The notes: generated by a model not told the origin, from the sequence alone. A DNA stretch of 60,727 nucleotides, filler included, from Basidiobolus ranarum (GCA_040143965.1; 14 parts of 14 records of this genome joined end to end with filler, not necessarily neighbours in it), one strand, 5' to 3'; shown: positions 35,632 to 47,637, counted from the whole stretch's first letter. A program made the numbers and translations.

Positions 35632-37041
35632 ATGGCTGGAATACAAAGTCTAAAATATCTAACTAACGGCATGCATTTTAATTCAAATTCCTACAGTAGT
35701 AAACACAGTAATTTGCCATTTGAAAATTATTATTTTGCAAAAATTACTGGATATTGACTAATGCTGTAGTGGGATAGCTTTGCTACCCACTGGCACATTG
35801 ACTTATTTCCACTCCAAGCTCTTATCATTACAATTGCACAATATCTATTTGATTATCCATGTTTGACTTACCTGTATTTTCTAGCCAATCATATCACACC
35901 ATTAGTATTATCCCCTGTTATTTCAAATTTACCAGTATTAACCCACATCAGCCCTATTATTTTCTGGAAAATTCTACAATCTTCCCGAACATTCCACAAG
36001 ATTCTTGGAATATTTGATGATTGATTGAGTTTTGACCAATCAAAACTTGATTTTGCAGCAACATTCCATTACTTTCTGGATCATTCTACAGCCTTGTGGA
36101 ACATTCCATGCATTACTAATCTTAAGATTTATGATGATATCATAACCTCAGATCCTCACCAATGGAATTCTCTGGAACTTTCCAGAAACTCTCATTAGTA
36201 ATCATATCTACCTTCAGAAAAGTACAAATAGGAGCCATATCTTTTCAAATTAAAATCATCTTGGTTTTCAACTAACAATTACTACCTGTGATCACCTCAT
36301 ATTTTCATCACTGCTTATGAGACCTTTGAGGAGTAAGCTCAAGAGAGACTACTAGAGGAAGTTACGGGCTACTGTGCAACTACAAAGGACTTGACCAGCT
36401 CAAAGGAAGTACTGACAGGTAGGTGTTATGTTTCTGATACTTTATATTTTTTCCCTAGCTTTGTCTGCATAGACTTTTCATATCTTTAGATAAATCACTA
36501 CTAGTCCATCCTTGTTCAAGACCCTGCTGGCTGAGTTTACAGTTGTTTTTGATTGAATATACCCTTTTTATCTGATCATTCTCAAAGGATGCTGAAGCCA
36601 TTATATTGTTTTGTCAGGCACCAGCATATTATTCAACAGAAAGCGGGACATTGCATTATGGTTTATCAGTCCTTAAATATTTCTAGAGGCTTGATTCCCT
36701 TTCTCAAAGACCCAAGAGGCAAGAGACAGACCTATATTAGAGTACATCCCAGAGTTATTCAACCATGGTTATCACACCCTTTGAACACCTGACAAAACCC
36801 TTGGGATATTGCAGTTATAGTTGCTGCCTATATCCTAAAACAACTTCAACACATGCCATATTTGAGGATCAATAATTTAGCATGTATGAATACCGTCAAA
36901 ATACCATCAATAAATCACCATTACACCACCAAAATCCTTGGCAGAATGCAAGCCACCAAAATTGTGATGGTTTTATGACAGTTTTGCTATTTTGGTGGGT
37001 GGATTCAATCCAGATCAAATTGATTTCATTTTTGTTGAGGC
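35632..37041 (+). repeat. Repeat family C split by a ~1-kb insertion (C parts 35632-35764 and ~36845-37041)
   Basis: TATGGCTGGAATACAAAG...GGATATTGA stops at ~35764. The family C sequence resumes at CATGCCATATTTGAGGATCAAT and runs to the conserved end GATCAAATTGATTTCATTTTTGTTGAGGC. Confidence 0.75.
35765..36794 (+). mobile_element. ~1-kb LTR-like insertion, unclassified
   Basis: Begins TGTAGTGGG and ends CCTGACA, interrupting family C. Contains internal short repeats (TTCTGGA/ACATTCCA) and is non-coding. No TSD seen. Confidence 0.45.
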
Positions 37042-37580
37042 TATAAAGAAAGGTATATCCAGTGATAAATTTCTGTCCTCAATATCACATCCCCAATCTG
37101 CATCACTAAACCCACTTAGATCTTTATTCTCATATGAATAGGTGTACCTTAATCCCAGATCAATTGTCCCCTTCAAATATTTGAAATTCCACTTAACTGC
37201 TGCATAATGTTCAGATCCTGGGTTTTGCACATGTTGACTGACTACTCCCACTGCCAAAGAGATATTTGGCTGGGTTCCAGTCATAGTATAGATTAAACTA
37301 CCAACTATAGATTGCTAATGGAACTCAGGGCTTTCAAATGACATATTTTGAGCCATACTTTGCGAATTTTCATCATTTTTGATGGGATTTTTGACTAGTT
37401 TCACACCTGGATCCATGGGAGTTGCTACTGGCTTGCAATTATCCATCCTGTAATGTCTGAGAATGTCTGAGTTGTATTTAGATTGATTCAGAGTAATAGA
37501 TTTGCTCTATATATCCATATGGATCTGCAGACCTAGAAAATACATAAGTTCACCTAAATCAATCATCTTTAATTAGACTT
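37042..37580 (-). mobile_element. Degenerate Copia RT/RNaseH fragment (lineage distinct from family A)
   Basis: KMIDLGELMYFLGLQI, ITLNQSKY, CKPVATPMDPG, VGSLIY, YLKGT, GFSDADWG. Confidence 0.88.
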
Positions 37581-38747
37581 GTTCCATTGGACCAGGTCAG
37601 ATTGTGCCACTCAATCCAGCCTGTTAGTACACCATCTGGCACAATCTGTCAATTACCATGGCTGGGTCCTATAACATTCAATTGGACACTATAAGAAACA
37701 ATATGGCACTATCCCACCACAGTTGGACACAATGATTTTATTGGAGATATTGTGCCAGCCCATACCAAGTTACCCAATTTAGTATTGCTGAATTACAATT
37801 TTGGGTAACCAACAAAGTAAGTTCATCCCCTAGTTTGTAACTTACAAATTACTGAATGTGTAATGATAGACAATTTATACTGTAACTTACCCAATCAAAT
37901 GTATAACCAAGACATTTACAGGTTCTTAGGCCAATCATTTGTCCCTCACTAATACAGCATCCTGATTTTCAATTGGGCTCAACAGCTCCTGCATCACAAA
38001 ACACCAGTAGTTTTGGCACACCGGTAACAAATCACAGCACTTGATGATGGATCAATCTGCAGTACAATATTAGTGATCAAGATTGCTTGATTCATCATTT
38101 TTAGATCAGCAAATTTTTCATTCAACCATGTAAGCTTCTAATTGGGTGAAAATGTGAACGGATTGAGCCATATTGAGCAATACGGCGGCATAAGCTTTTT
38201 ATTGGCAGACATTTTTCATTTGATGGTAGTGAAATTGCTTGTATTAATAGGCTATCATTGATTTTTTTGATATATGACAATTTCATGCTAACAATGTTTC
38301 ATAAACACATAAGCAATCATGATCTAACTAAAGCAATTTATGCTATATTTAACTGTGATCCATATCAATTCTGCATGATGTGCTAAAAAGTAAAAATAGG
38401 ATAATGTAAGTATTAACAGGAGTATCCAGCAGTTGCCTAGGATTGAAGCAGTACATGCTGATTTGCTTCTGTTAATTTTGTTGTCTCCTTGATATTTCCA
38501 TGGAAGGAACTTTGCTTGAATTTTTGCACTGAGTTGGTCAGTTTGATCCTGCTGAAGTTCCTCTCCATTGGCCAGCATGAGTTGTGGCTTGAGGTTGATG
38601 CACTGTGGTATGCGTTGGCTTGTCTGGTCTAGTTTGCAGTTTGTTTGTATCTACAGTCTCTTTTTCAGATGTGGAGCCTTCACTGAATGGGTCAACCAGC
38701 CATTGCTGCTAGGCACAGCTCTATGTGTCAAACCGGAATATCTCACT

Positions 38748-39037
38748 TGAGGTTTGTGCTCAACAGTTGTTGCTTCTTCAACCATGGTAGAAGCTTCATC
38801 TCTCTTGTCTGGCTGCTATGACATCTGTTGCATAGCAGAACATGTTGGGGTAAGTCATCTACCTTGAGGTTTGTGATCAACAGTTATTGCTTCTGCAACC
38901 ACAGTGGAATCTTCATTTCTTTCAACTGGCTGTGACCGCGGTTGCATGGCAGTATGTGTTGGAGCAAGTCATCTACCTTGTGGTTTGTGTTTGTCAGTTC
39001 TTGCCTCTTCAATCATGGTAGAAGCTTCATCTCTTTT
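38748..39037 (-). pseudogene. Decayed coding tandem repeat (114-117-bp unit, 38-39 aa)
   Basis: KRDEASTMIEEARTDKHKPQGR*LAPTHTAMQPRSQPV / ERNEDSTVVAEAITVDHKPQGR*LTPTCSAMQQMS*QPD / KRDEASTMVEEATTVEHKPQ. Unit lengths are multiples of 3. Confidence 0.55.
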
Positions 39038-39137
39038 NNNNNNNNNNNNNNNNNNNNNNNNNNNNNNNNNNNNNNNNNNNNTTAATTAATTAANNNNNNN
39101 NNNNNNNNNNNNNNNNNNNNNNNNNNNNNNNNNNNNN

Positions 39138-39807
39138 TGAGATTGATTGAGATATGCAATATTATTGCTTTAGCCATGGGGTAATCTATTCAAGCAATGA
39201 CACATCTACTTGTGGCAGGACATTTGTTGACTGCAATTTGGGGATATATTGGCTGAATTCTTGATGGAAATTTGCCAAAATCGAAGAGCTTATTCTCATT
39301 GTGAATGGTAACAAGAGTCAGCTATTTGCTAAGTGTCAGTGCCATTCAAAATATCAGATGTTTAGCAATTTTGCCACTGTAAGTTTGCTGGTAGAGCATA
39401 TTGATGTTGTTGAGTTTTGTCTGATTAGTCAAGTACATGCATATGTAGAGACTAAACACCACAAGATTCTTGCATTTTTTGAAACTCATTATGGCTGGAA
39501 TACAAAGCCAAAAATGTCTATATTAAAGCATGCATATTAATTCAAATTCATACAACAGTATACTCAGTAATTTGCCATTTGAAGATTTTATCTTTTCAAA
39601 AATTGGGGAGATTAATAACGCATGCCAAATAAGAGGATCAATATTAACATGTATGAATACTATTTTAATACCATCAAGCAGCTGCCTTCGCACAATCAAA
39701 ATCCCTGGCAGAATGCAAGCCACCAATATTGAGACAGTTCTCTGATGGTTTTGTGATTTGATAGGGTGGATCCAATCTGGATCAAATTGATTTCATTATT
39801 GTAAGGG
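39138..39807 (+). repeat. Repeat family C
   Basis: Colinear with 17415-18135. Ends GATCAAATTGATTTCATTATTGTAAGGG and joins Copia RNaseH at a TA. Confidence 0.85.
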
Positions 39808-40492
39808 TACATGGCTGCCTCTGAAGCAACACAAGAAGCAATATGGTTAAGAAAACTCTGAACAGAAATGGGTTATTCTCAAAATTCATCAACTACAATA
39901 TTTCAAAATAATCAAAGTTGTATCAAATCAGCGAAAAATCTCATGTTTCCCAATAGAAGCAAACATATAGATATTAAGTATCACATAATTGGAAAGTCTA
40001 TAGAGAATCAGTTCATTTACTTAACTTATTGCTCTACAGAAGACATAATTGCTGATATATTAACCATACCATCAGCTAGACAGAAATTTGAGAAATTTAG
40101 ACCTTTATTGAAATTAGCTTATATGACTATTTAGTTCAGGGTGAATGTTGAAGTTAGCATTGCCTAAGCACCAACATTGTCATATATAGCTTAGTACTTA
40201 GTTATATTATATTTCACTAAGATATTAGCACTTCCTCTCTTTAGCAATTTACTTACAATATTTATACCAAGTTAGATGTTCTCAGATATGCAGATTTTTC
40301 AAACTTGTGCTAGAAGCCCCAAACTCTGCATACATTTTCCTGGAACCTTCCTTCACATGTTCTACACATTAGTTTTTTTACATTGTGACAAAACTATAAA
40401 TGTCATTTTCTACTCAATAAATCAACAAGTGAAAGCCAACAACTCTTGTAATTCTCCAAACCACTTCTAACAGACTCCCAAATACTTTGACT
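39808..40492 (+). mobile_element. Copia family A RNaseH end plus 3' LTR (40146-~40492)
   Basis: YMAASEATQEAIWLRK, NRSKHIDIKYH, IIADILT. Decayed PPT; LTR starts TGTTGAAGTTAGC. Confidence 0.92.
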
Positions 40493-40559
40493 ATAGGTAC
40501 TATCACTTCTGGCATTGTATTGGGCATTTCACTAGCTTACATTCTATTTGAAGGGCCCA

Positions 40560-40990
40560 CAGCAATGCTATTTGTTAGATTATGTTGCTTTGAATCAATG
40601 TGAATTATTTGATCAGGAGAAATATTTTATTGTCCTCATCTGGGATTTTATAAGGTGAAAGTGTTTCATTTTCCTCAAGCAATGCATCCCTGGACTTCAT
40701 TAACTTTGAAATTTTGGTATCATAGAGTCTGAAGGCTTTAGTTTGAGTACAATAGCCCAGAAATGTGTATTTCTTACATTTTGGATCAAATTTAGACCCA
40801 TTTTTAGTCATGATTCTGACTCATGTAATGTATCCAAGAATCCTCAAATGTCTTACTTCAGGTTTTACTCTAAATAAGGCTTCATATGGTGTAAAGATAT
40901 ACATGTTTCTTGTATAAATCCTTTTCCTCAGATACATTGCTATAGCAACAGATTTTGGTCACAAATTATGACATAAGTTTAGTGCATTGT
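40560..40990 (-). mobile_element. Copia integrase C-terminal/SH3 fragment
   Basis: TPYEALF..KPEVRHLRILG, SKFDPKCKKYTFLGYCTQTKAFRLYD....MKSRDA. Confidence 0.85.
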
Positions 40991-41458
40991 TCCCATTAAT
41001 ATGATATTCAATGTATGGTCATCTCCAAATAGAAAACCTTTTAATAGGGATATCTTCATAGGCCACATATCAATTTTTTTAAGTGTGAAATGTCAAGAGG
41101 ATCCAAAATCAATATGTCAAGTCTGAGAATCCTGATTGGTAGTCACAGAGAGTGCAGATATGAACTAGTGATCTTGTGCTACAATCCCATTTCCATATTT
41201 GGTATGTTTGTCTTCTCTTGCAGCTGTTTTAAAGCAATGTTTACTTATATGGCAAAAGGTCTTACAGTGAAATACAGAATGTATTACCTTTCTTCTTAAA
41301 GTGCTTTTGACATTTACAGGAAGGTGTCACATAGCATATGAAAGCATTTTCTTCATTCTTTTAGCTGGTTCCTAAGGTGCATATATATACATCCTGGAGT
41401 CTGCCAAACACATAATATATGGTCAAATTTTCAGTTCATGAATCTTGAGCCAATACTA

Positions 41459-42827
41459 TGTTAAAGTATTTGGGAGCCTGTTGAAAGTGCTTTGGAGAAT
41501 TTGAAGAATTGGTTATTTTCAGTTGTTTATGTATTGAGTGGAAAGTTGACATTTATAGTTTTGTCAAGACATAAACAAACTCACATGTAGAATGTGTTAA
41601 GAAAGGTCCCAGGAACATGTATGCAAAGTTGGGGGCTTCTAGCACAAGTTTGAAAAATCCATATATCTGAGAACTTAGAAGTAGGTAAAAGAATTCTAAG
41701 TAAATCCCAATTGAGAATAATGGATAATATCTTGATATCTGTATGTTTGCTTCTATTATGAAACATAGGACTTTTAGCTAATTTGTTACAACTTCAATTA
41801 TCTTGAAATATTGCAGTCGGGGAATTTTGTGTAAAACCTAAACCTGTTCCAAGCTCTCTTAACCATATTGCTTCTTTTGTTGCTTCACAGGTAGCCTTGT
41901 ATTCAACTTCAGTTGTTTAAAGTGCTACAGTAGGTTATTTCTTTGAATTCAAAGAAATAGCTCCATTACAGCAAAGAAATAAGTAACCTGGTGTAGATCT
42001 CCTCTCTTCAATTTCTCATCCCCAATTTGCATCTGAGTATCACATCAGATCAAAGTTTAATCTGGAATATGAGTATTTTAAGCACAAATCCACAGTACCT
42101 TTCAAATATCTGAAAGTCTATTCAACTGCTATGATTTGATCAGATCCATAATTTTGAAGATATTGACAGGTAACACCCATGGAATATGCAATATTTGGCT
42201 ATTTTCCAACCATGATATACATTAAACTACCAACCATATATTGATAAGGAAATATCTGGCTTTCATTTGAATCCAAAAAACATCTGATTTAAGCCATTTT
42301 TGGTCAAGTTAAGATTTGTCTCCATTGCAGTAGATACAGGATTATATTCCTCCATTTTAAACTTGCCTAATTCATCTAGGATGTACTTCAACTGTTTAAA
42401 GTTAATATTTTGGTACTTCTCTCTATCTTAATTTGGATTTCAAGATAGTACATGAGTTCACTAAGTTCAGTCATTTTGAAATTGGTAGATAAGCTAGACT
42501 TGATTTTTCTCCAAAGTCTTCAAGTCATTGGTGGCTATAGTAAGGTCATCTACATATAAGGCTAATAAAGCTGGGTTTGTCTTATCAGGCCTGAAATAGA
42601 CACTATAGTAAGCATAACTCTTTTGAAATTTGAGTGTTTTCAAAAAAGCATCTAACCTGCAATTCCAAACTCTTGGAAATTGTTATAAGCTATAGAGTGT
42701 GTACCAGAGTTTGCAAACTTTTGTAGGGTTTTCTGGGTCCACAAATCCATCTGGCTGGTCCATATAGATCTCCTCAGCAAACTCACATTTTAAAAAAGCA
42801 GTTTTAACATCCATTGGATGTTTAATA
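41459..42827 (-). mobile_element. Copia family A RT-RNaseH plus partial 3' LTR (41459-~41733), degenerate
   Basis: Reverse complement matches 35190-35630 and 4358-4900 (HPMDVKTAF, LYVDDL, YLKGT, FHNRSKH). An internal deletion removes the RNaseH end, PPT and LTR start. Confidence 0.93.
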
Positions 42828-43378
42828 TGCTGAAATTAGCATTACCCAAACACCTATATAGTCATATATAACTTAGTGATTAGTTATCTTATAATTCACT
42901 AAGATATTATCAATTATTCTCAATTGGAATTAACTTAGAATATTTTTACCAACTTGGAAGTTCTCAGATATATAGATTTTTCAAACTTGTGCTAGAAGCC
43001 CCAAACTTTGCATACATGTTGCTGGGACCTTCCTTAACATATTCTACATGTTAGTTTGTTTGCATCTTGAAAAAACTATAAATGTCAACTTTCTACTCAA
43101 TAAATCAATAAGTGAAAACCACTAATTACTCTAGTTCTCCAAACCACTTCCAACAGGCTCCCTAATATTTTAACAGGTTATGAGCCCCAAGCTTGCACTC
43201 TCTGTAATGTCTACTTCTCAAACTTATGGAACTTTTCCTTCTTTGGAAAAATTGGATGGAACCAATTATCAAGTTTGGAAAATTAAAATGAAAATGCTGC
43301 TGCAAGGAAAAGGACTTTGGGACACTGTTGTAGGAGAAGAAAACAATGCAAAACTATCTTAAACCAAAGTTTTACTCC
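42828..43378 (+). mobile_element. Copia family A 5' LTR (42828-43175), PBS (43176-43187) and gag start (ATG 43207)
   Basis: LTR TGCTGAAA...TTTAACA followed directly by GGTTATGAGCCC. Gag N-terminus LEKLDGTNYQVWKIKMKMLLQGKGLWDTV, with a stop at 43360-43362. Confidence 0.95.
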
Positions 43379-43478
43379 NNNNNNNNNNNNNNNNNNNNNN
43401 NNNNNNNNNNNNNNNNNNNNNNTTAATTAATTAANNNNNNNNNNNNNNNNNNNNNNNNNNNNNNNNNNNNNNNNNNNN

Positions 43479-44197
43479 GTTTTTGAGGCAGCTGGTTTTG
43501 CAGTAGACTGTTGCATAATGGGTGGTTGTGGTTGTGGATTATTGTAAGGAGAATAACCGGAGTATCCACTTGGATTTCTTTGCACCTCATTCAAGTAAGA
43601 AGCATTTTGGGGTGGTGGAAACGATGGTCTTTGCTGTTGTTGGCCGTAAGGAGGATTTGATGGTGAGGGATAATATGGCGCCGAATGTTGAGGAGGGAAC
43701 GAAGGGTTTGAAGGTAATGGATTATATGAAGGTCCCGACTGCTGAGGGTTATAAGAAAGGTTGGTTTGAGGAGGACCAATCATATTTTGACCGTAAGGGG
43801 AAGCTGGTTGTGGGGAAGGAATATTTTGACCGGGAAAAGAATAACCTCTATCTGTATATTGGGGGTTTTGTTGTTGTGGTGATGGATAGTTATTTGGTGT
43901 ACCAGAAGGCTCAGGCATAGGCATGGGCATGCCAGAATTATTAGGAGAATAAGTGTTTTGATTAGCTTGAGGGTCTACAAAGTTATACGCAGGTGGTGAA
44001 GCATTAACATGGTTGGTTCTTGGGTCGTCCCAAGTAGTAATTCGACGGTTATGGTCAATAACTAAAAAATCATAACGGAGTCAGTATAAAAAATAATACC
44101 AGTAAAATGAAAGATGCTTTAGATATTTACAAAAAGTCTTTCCATCTGGGGAAACTCTTTCTTCCCACCCGGCAGGTAGAGGACCTTTAGAAGACAT
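43479..44197 (-). CDS. WW-domain protein with Pro/Gln/Tyr-rich low-complexity region, 5' part
   Basis: Exons 44197-44131 and 44061-43479: [37 protein letters not shown]...SPPAY...P/Q/Y-rich. Cut by contig end. Confidence 0.9.
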
Positions 44198-44899
44198 GAT
44201 AATTTCAAGATTGTTCAAAAAAAGGATATTGCTGTGAAAAGATACATCCTCGATTTTATCTAGATGCCGATGCCACGTACTCTTGATCATGTGAGGAGTT
44301 TAAAATAGATTAGTCATACAGTACACAATAAGAATTTCCATTGGTATTATCCATATTTAACAAAGGCGGGCCAAGCTAATGACGTATAGTGAACAAATGT
44401 GATCATTTCATGCGGCGAGAAGTGAATTCTGATAATTCTAGTAATTGTAAATCTAGAAAACACGTATTTGTATTCAGAATCTTATCAAGTTGATTTTTGG
44501 AGTGCATATTGAATGAGAGGAAATCTCAACGCTGAGAAATTCTTAATATCTCTTTAAATCTTTGAAATATTGAGACATGTTGATGCTCAAAGGCATCTAG
44601 TCTCGATGAAAATATGAAATAAACTGTTCAACGAACTTCAAATCAAAATTTTTGTTCTTTTATGTAAGTTCCTCTGTAAATACACTCATAACGACAGGTC
44701 AGGGTATACAGCATAAAGCCCATAATGAAGAGATTCAAACCTCATAATGATTTCGATATAGTGAAGTCAGTTTGAAGTGTAAGCACATTTTTTTTGAAAG
44801 GGGCGGTTTTTAAAAGTTCGAATGTTCCTTCATATTGACTAGCAAACAAAAAAGATTTTTTTTACACAATATTGACTTTCAAGGAAAAGCGTCCGAACT

Positions 44900-45446
44900 C
44901 TATTCCAATTCCATATCAAACATGTCAGCATCTTTGTGTTCATCTGTTGAAAAAGCCATTGTTAGAAGACAATAAAACAAAGAAATGAATGCTGTATAAA
45001 AAGTCAACCTTTTTTGTCGAGTTCCTCGTCCTCTTCGTCCTCCTCACTACTTTCATTGGTAGTTTCTAGGAGTGAAGCAGGGGTGAAGGACTGCTGAAGG
45101 TGAGAGACTCCAGAGGTAGAGCCTACAGAGGCTCGAGTAACACCAGGGATAAAAGGAAGATTGGTAGGTGGAGTTCTAGCAAGAGGGGAATTACGTAACT
45201 GAAGAAGTGTACTACGATCGTAGATGATCTTAGTGCCTTGAAAAGAAAAATTCAAAGGTGAATGGTCATTTAATATATCATGAAATCTATAAATGAAGAA
45301 ACCCTCTTACCGCCAGGAGTAGTAGAGAAGATCGTGCCATGGGGGGTAGTACTGTAGTCAGCAGGTAATGGCATCCCAGGTTCGGCTCTTCTAACGGCGG
45401 GTATGTCTCTGGCAACGGAGATATTTGGAGAGAGGTGAGAAGCCAT
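44900..45446 (-). CDS. EIF4EBP: eIF4E-binding protein (metazoan-type 4E-BP), 3 exons, 135 aa
   Basis: Exons 45446-45311, 45236-45009 and 44943-44900: [52 protein letters not shown]-terminus MFDMELE*. Confidence 0.95.
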
Positions 45447-46352
45447 TTTGGTTATTTAATTATAAACAGTAGGTTGCTTAAAACGACAGGTATGCGGAGA
45501 GCGAATAAGTCTAAGAAAGGTCAATATTCTAAAGTTGTTGACTTTCTCTGGAGAAAGTTCAATGGATTTTCAAAAAAAAGTCCTTATGAAAGAAAGGGCA
45601 AAGGCAAGTGACCAGGTATTACACCGAGATATAGTCAAGGGGTTAGGTCAAGTGATTTTTCGCTCCGATAACGAAAATCCAAAAATTACTAGCCTTGAAA
45701 GAACAGTCGAAAGGTGAAATTGATGTAAGCATAACCACACTTGGTTACCCGAACCAATGATGCGCTTGGTCCCAGCCATCCGAATATTCATTCATTAGTA
45801 AACCATCGTAATAAACGAATAAACAATCTATATTTGATACATTTGTATAGATTCTTAATCAGATCTCCGAGGAATGGCTCTCGTGATACTTGCATGGCAA
45901 TATCTCAACAAATGCCGATAAATCGAATCATTGCTAGTAGGTCATCTGAACAGCCAATATTTCCTGCTCCACAAACACTCTGCTTTGTAGCACCAGCTCG
46001 TAAAGGTATTTGCTACAGGATCACCGGAATTAATCCAATTTTATTTCAGTGCTTAATGTGAACATGTAATCCATTCCATACATTGCATCTGTAGCGACAC
46101 TTTAATATTATGTGCTTCAGTGTTATATAACATGATTTGACTAGTAAGGTGCAGGATACTCTAGCTAACAAGATTCATGCGTTTATAGTTCAACTACGCA
46201 AAAGACGCAAGTATTGTTACATTTTCAGAGCTTGCATTTTTATGAGAATTTGGGAGGTAGAGTGGTTGATTTGCATTAGGCGTTCAATGCACAATGGTAG
46301 ATGCGATCTCTTTTATTTACACTAGAATCCGGAAGGAAAATATATCTGATAT

Positions 46353-47264
46353 TTAAGTTGATGTTTCTGAAAACTCAATAAAAGTGCTACGCATTTGAGA
46401 GAGTAGATCAGCATAACTACTGTATGTCGCAGCAAGGGTGGTGATTTTCTGGTTGATTTCATCCTGCATTCAAACAATTCAATAATCAGTGGTGGTTGAG
46501 AGAAAAAATAGAAGATCATTTTGGTACCAATTTCAAGTCGTTCAACTCGACTTGATCCATCCAAAGAATATCCTCGATGCTCTCAGGCAGAGTAGAGACG
46601 GTCTTGTTAATGGAAGGTATTAGTTCGGTTAGTTTTCTATTGTTAGGGTTAACATGGTTAGTGCTAGTAAGGAGAATTTATCAGTATCTAATAAAAAATT
46701 ACTGTTGGTATTCGGGTTCAAGAATAATGTATTCGCCAGTATAAGGCTCCTTGATGCGCTTCATAAGACTCTGACGGTCAGATATAATATGGCTCAAATG
46801 AGTTTGTAGATTTTCCAGAGTATCAGCTTTCTTATCTTCAGTCATTCCAGTTAGTAGCTGTTATTTGAATAATAGAAACACGCAAATGATTACCTAATTC
46901 TTCGGAGTCAAGAATATCACTAGCTTGGTGAAATCTTTGAGTGTCAATGATCTTCTGTCGAACCTATTTTCTCTTGAGTTAGCTTGAGAGTTTGGGATAA
47001 AGAGGAGGTAAATCTAAGCGTACCTCATTTATTTCGCTTTCAATGTCCAAAGAGTGTTGAATGTGATCAACTAAAGTCACCGAAGAATCTTCAGCGATAT
47101 TGGTTTCTGTACTTTTATCCTAAAAGAGCGTCGTTTAGTGTTATAAACCTTATGAATGACTGTAATAGTAATGCTCTCACCATCTCTGGAAGAGGTAAAT
47201 TCAAAGAGGAAGCTAGTTTGAGCACACCATCTAGGGATGAAAGATTTCGACTGTTGATTGACAT
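46353..47264 (-). CDS. HAUS2: HAUS augmin-like complex subunit 2 (AUG2), 6 exons, 200 aa
   Basis: Exons 47264-47181, 47119-47024, 46963-46894, 46835-46703, 46636-46528 and 46463-46353 all splice in frame. KKADTLENLQTHLSHIISDRQSLMKRIKEPYTGEYIILEPEYQQKLTELI resembles the HAUS2/AUG2 core as I recall it. Confidence 0.8.
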
Positions 47265-47637
47265 ATTCGATTAAAGGTAATAAGATACACAGTTGAGGAA
47301 GTGAGGCCTTTTCAAAATCCTAGATGAACTTCAGATAGCTCAAGTAAAACATAAACAAACGATATATCACGTGCTGCGAAAGAATTTCAAAATTACTGAT
47401 CAGATTTTTGATTTAATTGGTCACTGATGATACTCTATATATTGTAAACAATAGGTACTAAAGCCTAAGTGTGTAATGATAGTAGAAATGAAGACATATC
47501 AAATGTAATACAAGAAAGTTGAAGATAATAATTCATTGCACAAGATGTATACTGGTTTCTCCCAACAAGGATTTCTCAGAGTAGTAACTGAGCAGCTTAC
47601 CATTTTACTAGAGTATCAGATATTCCTATCTACTTAC

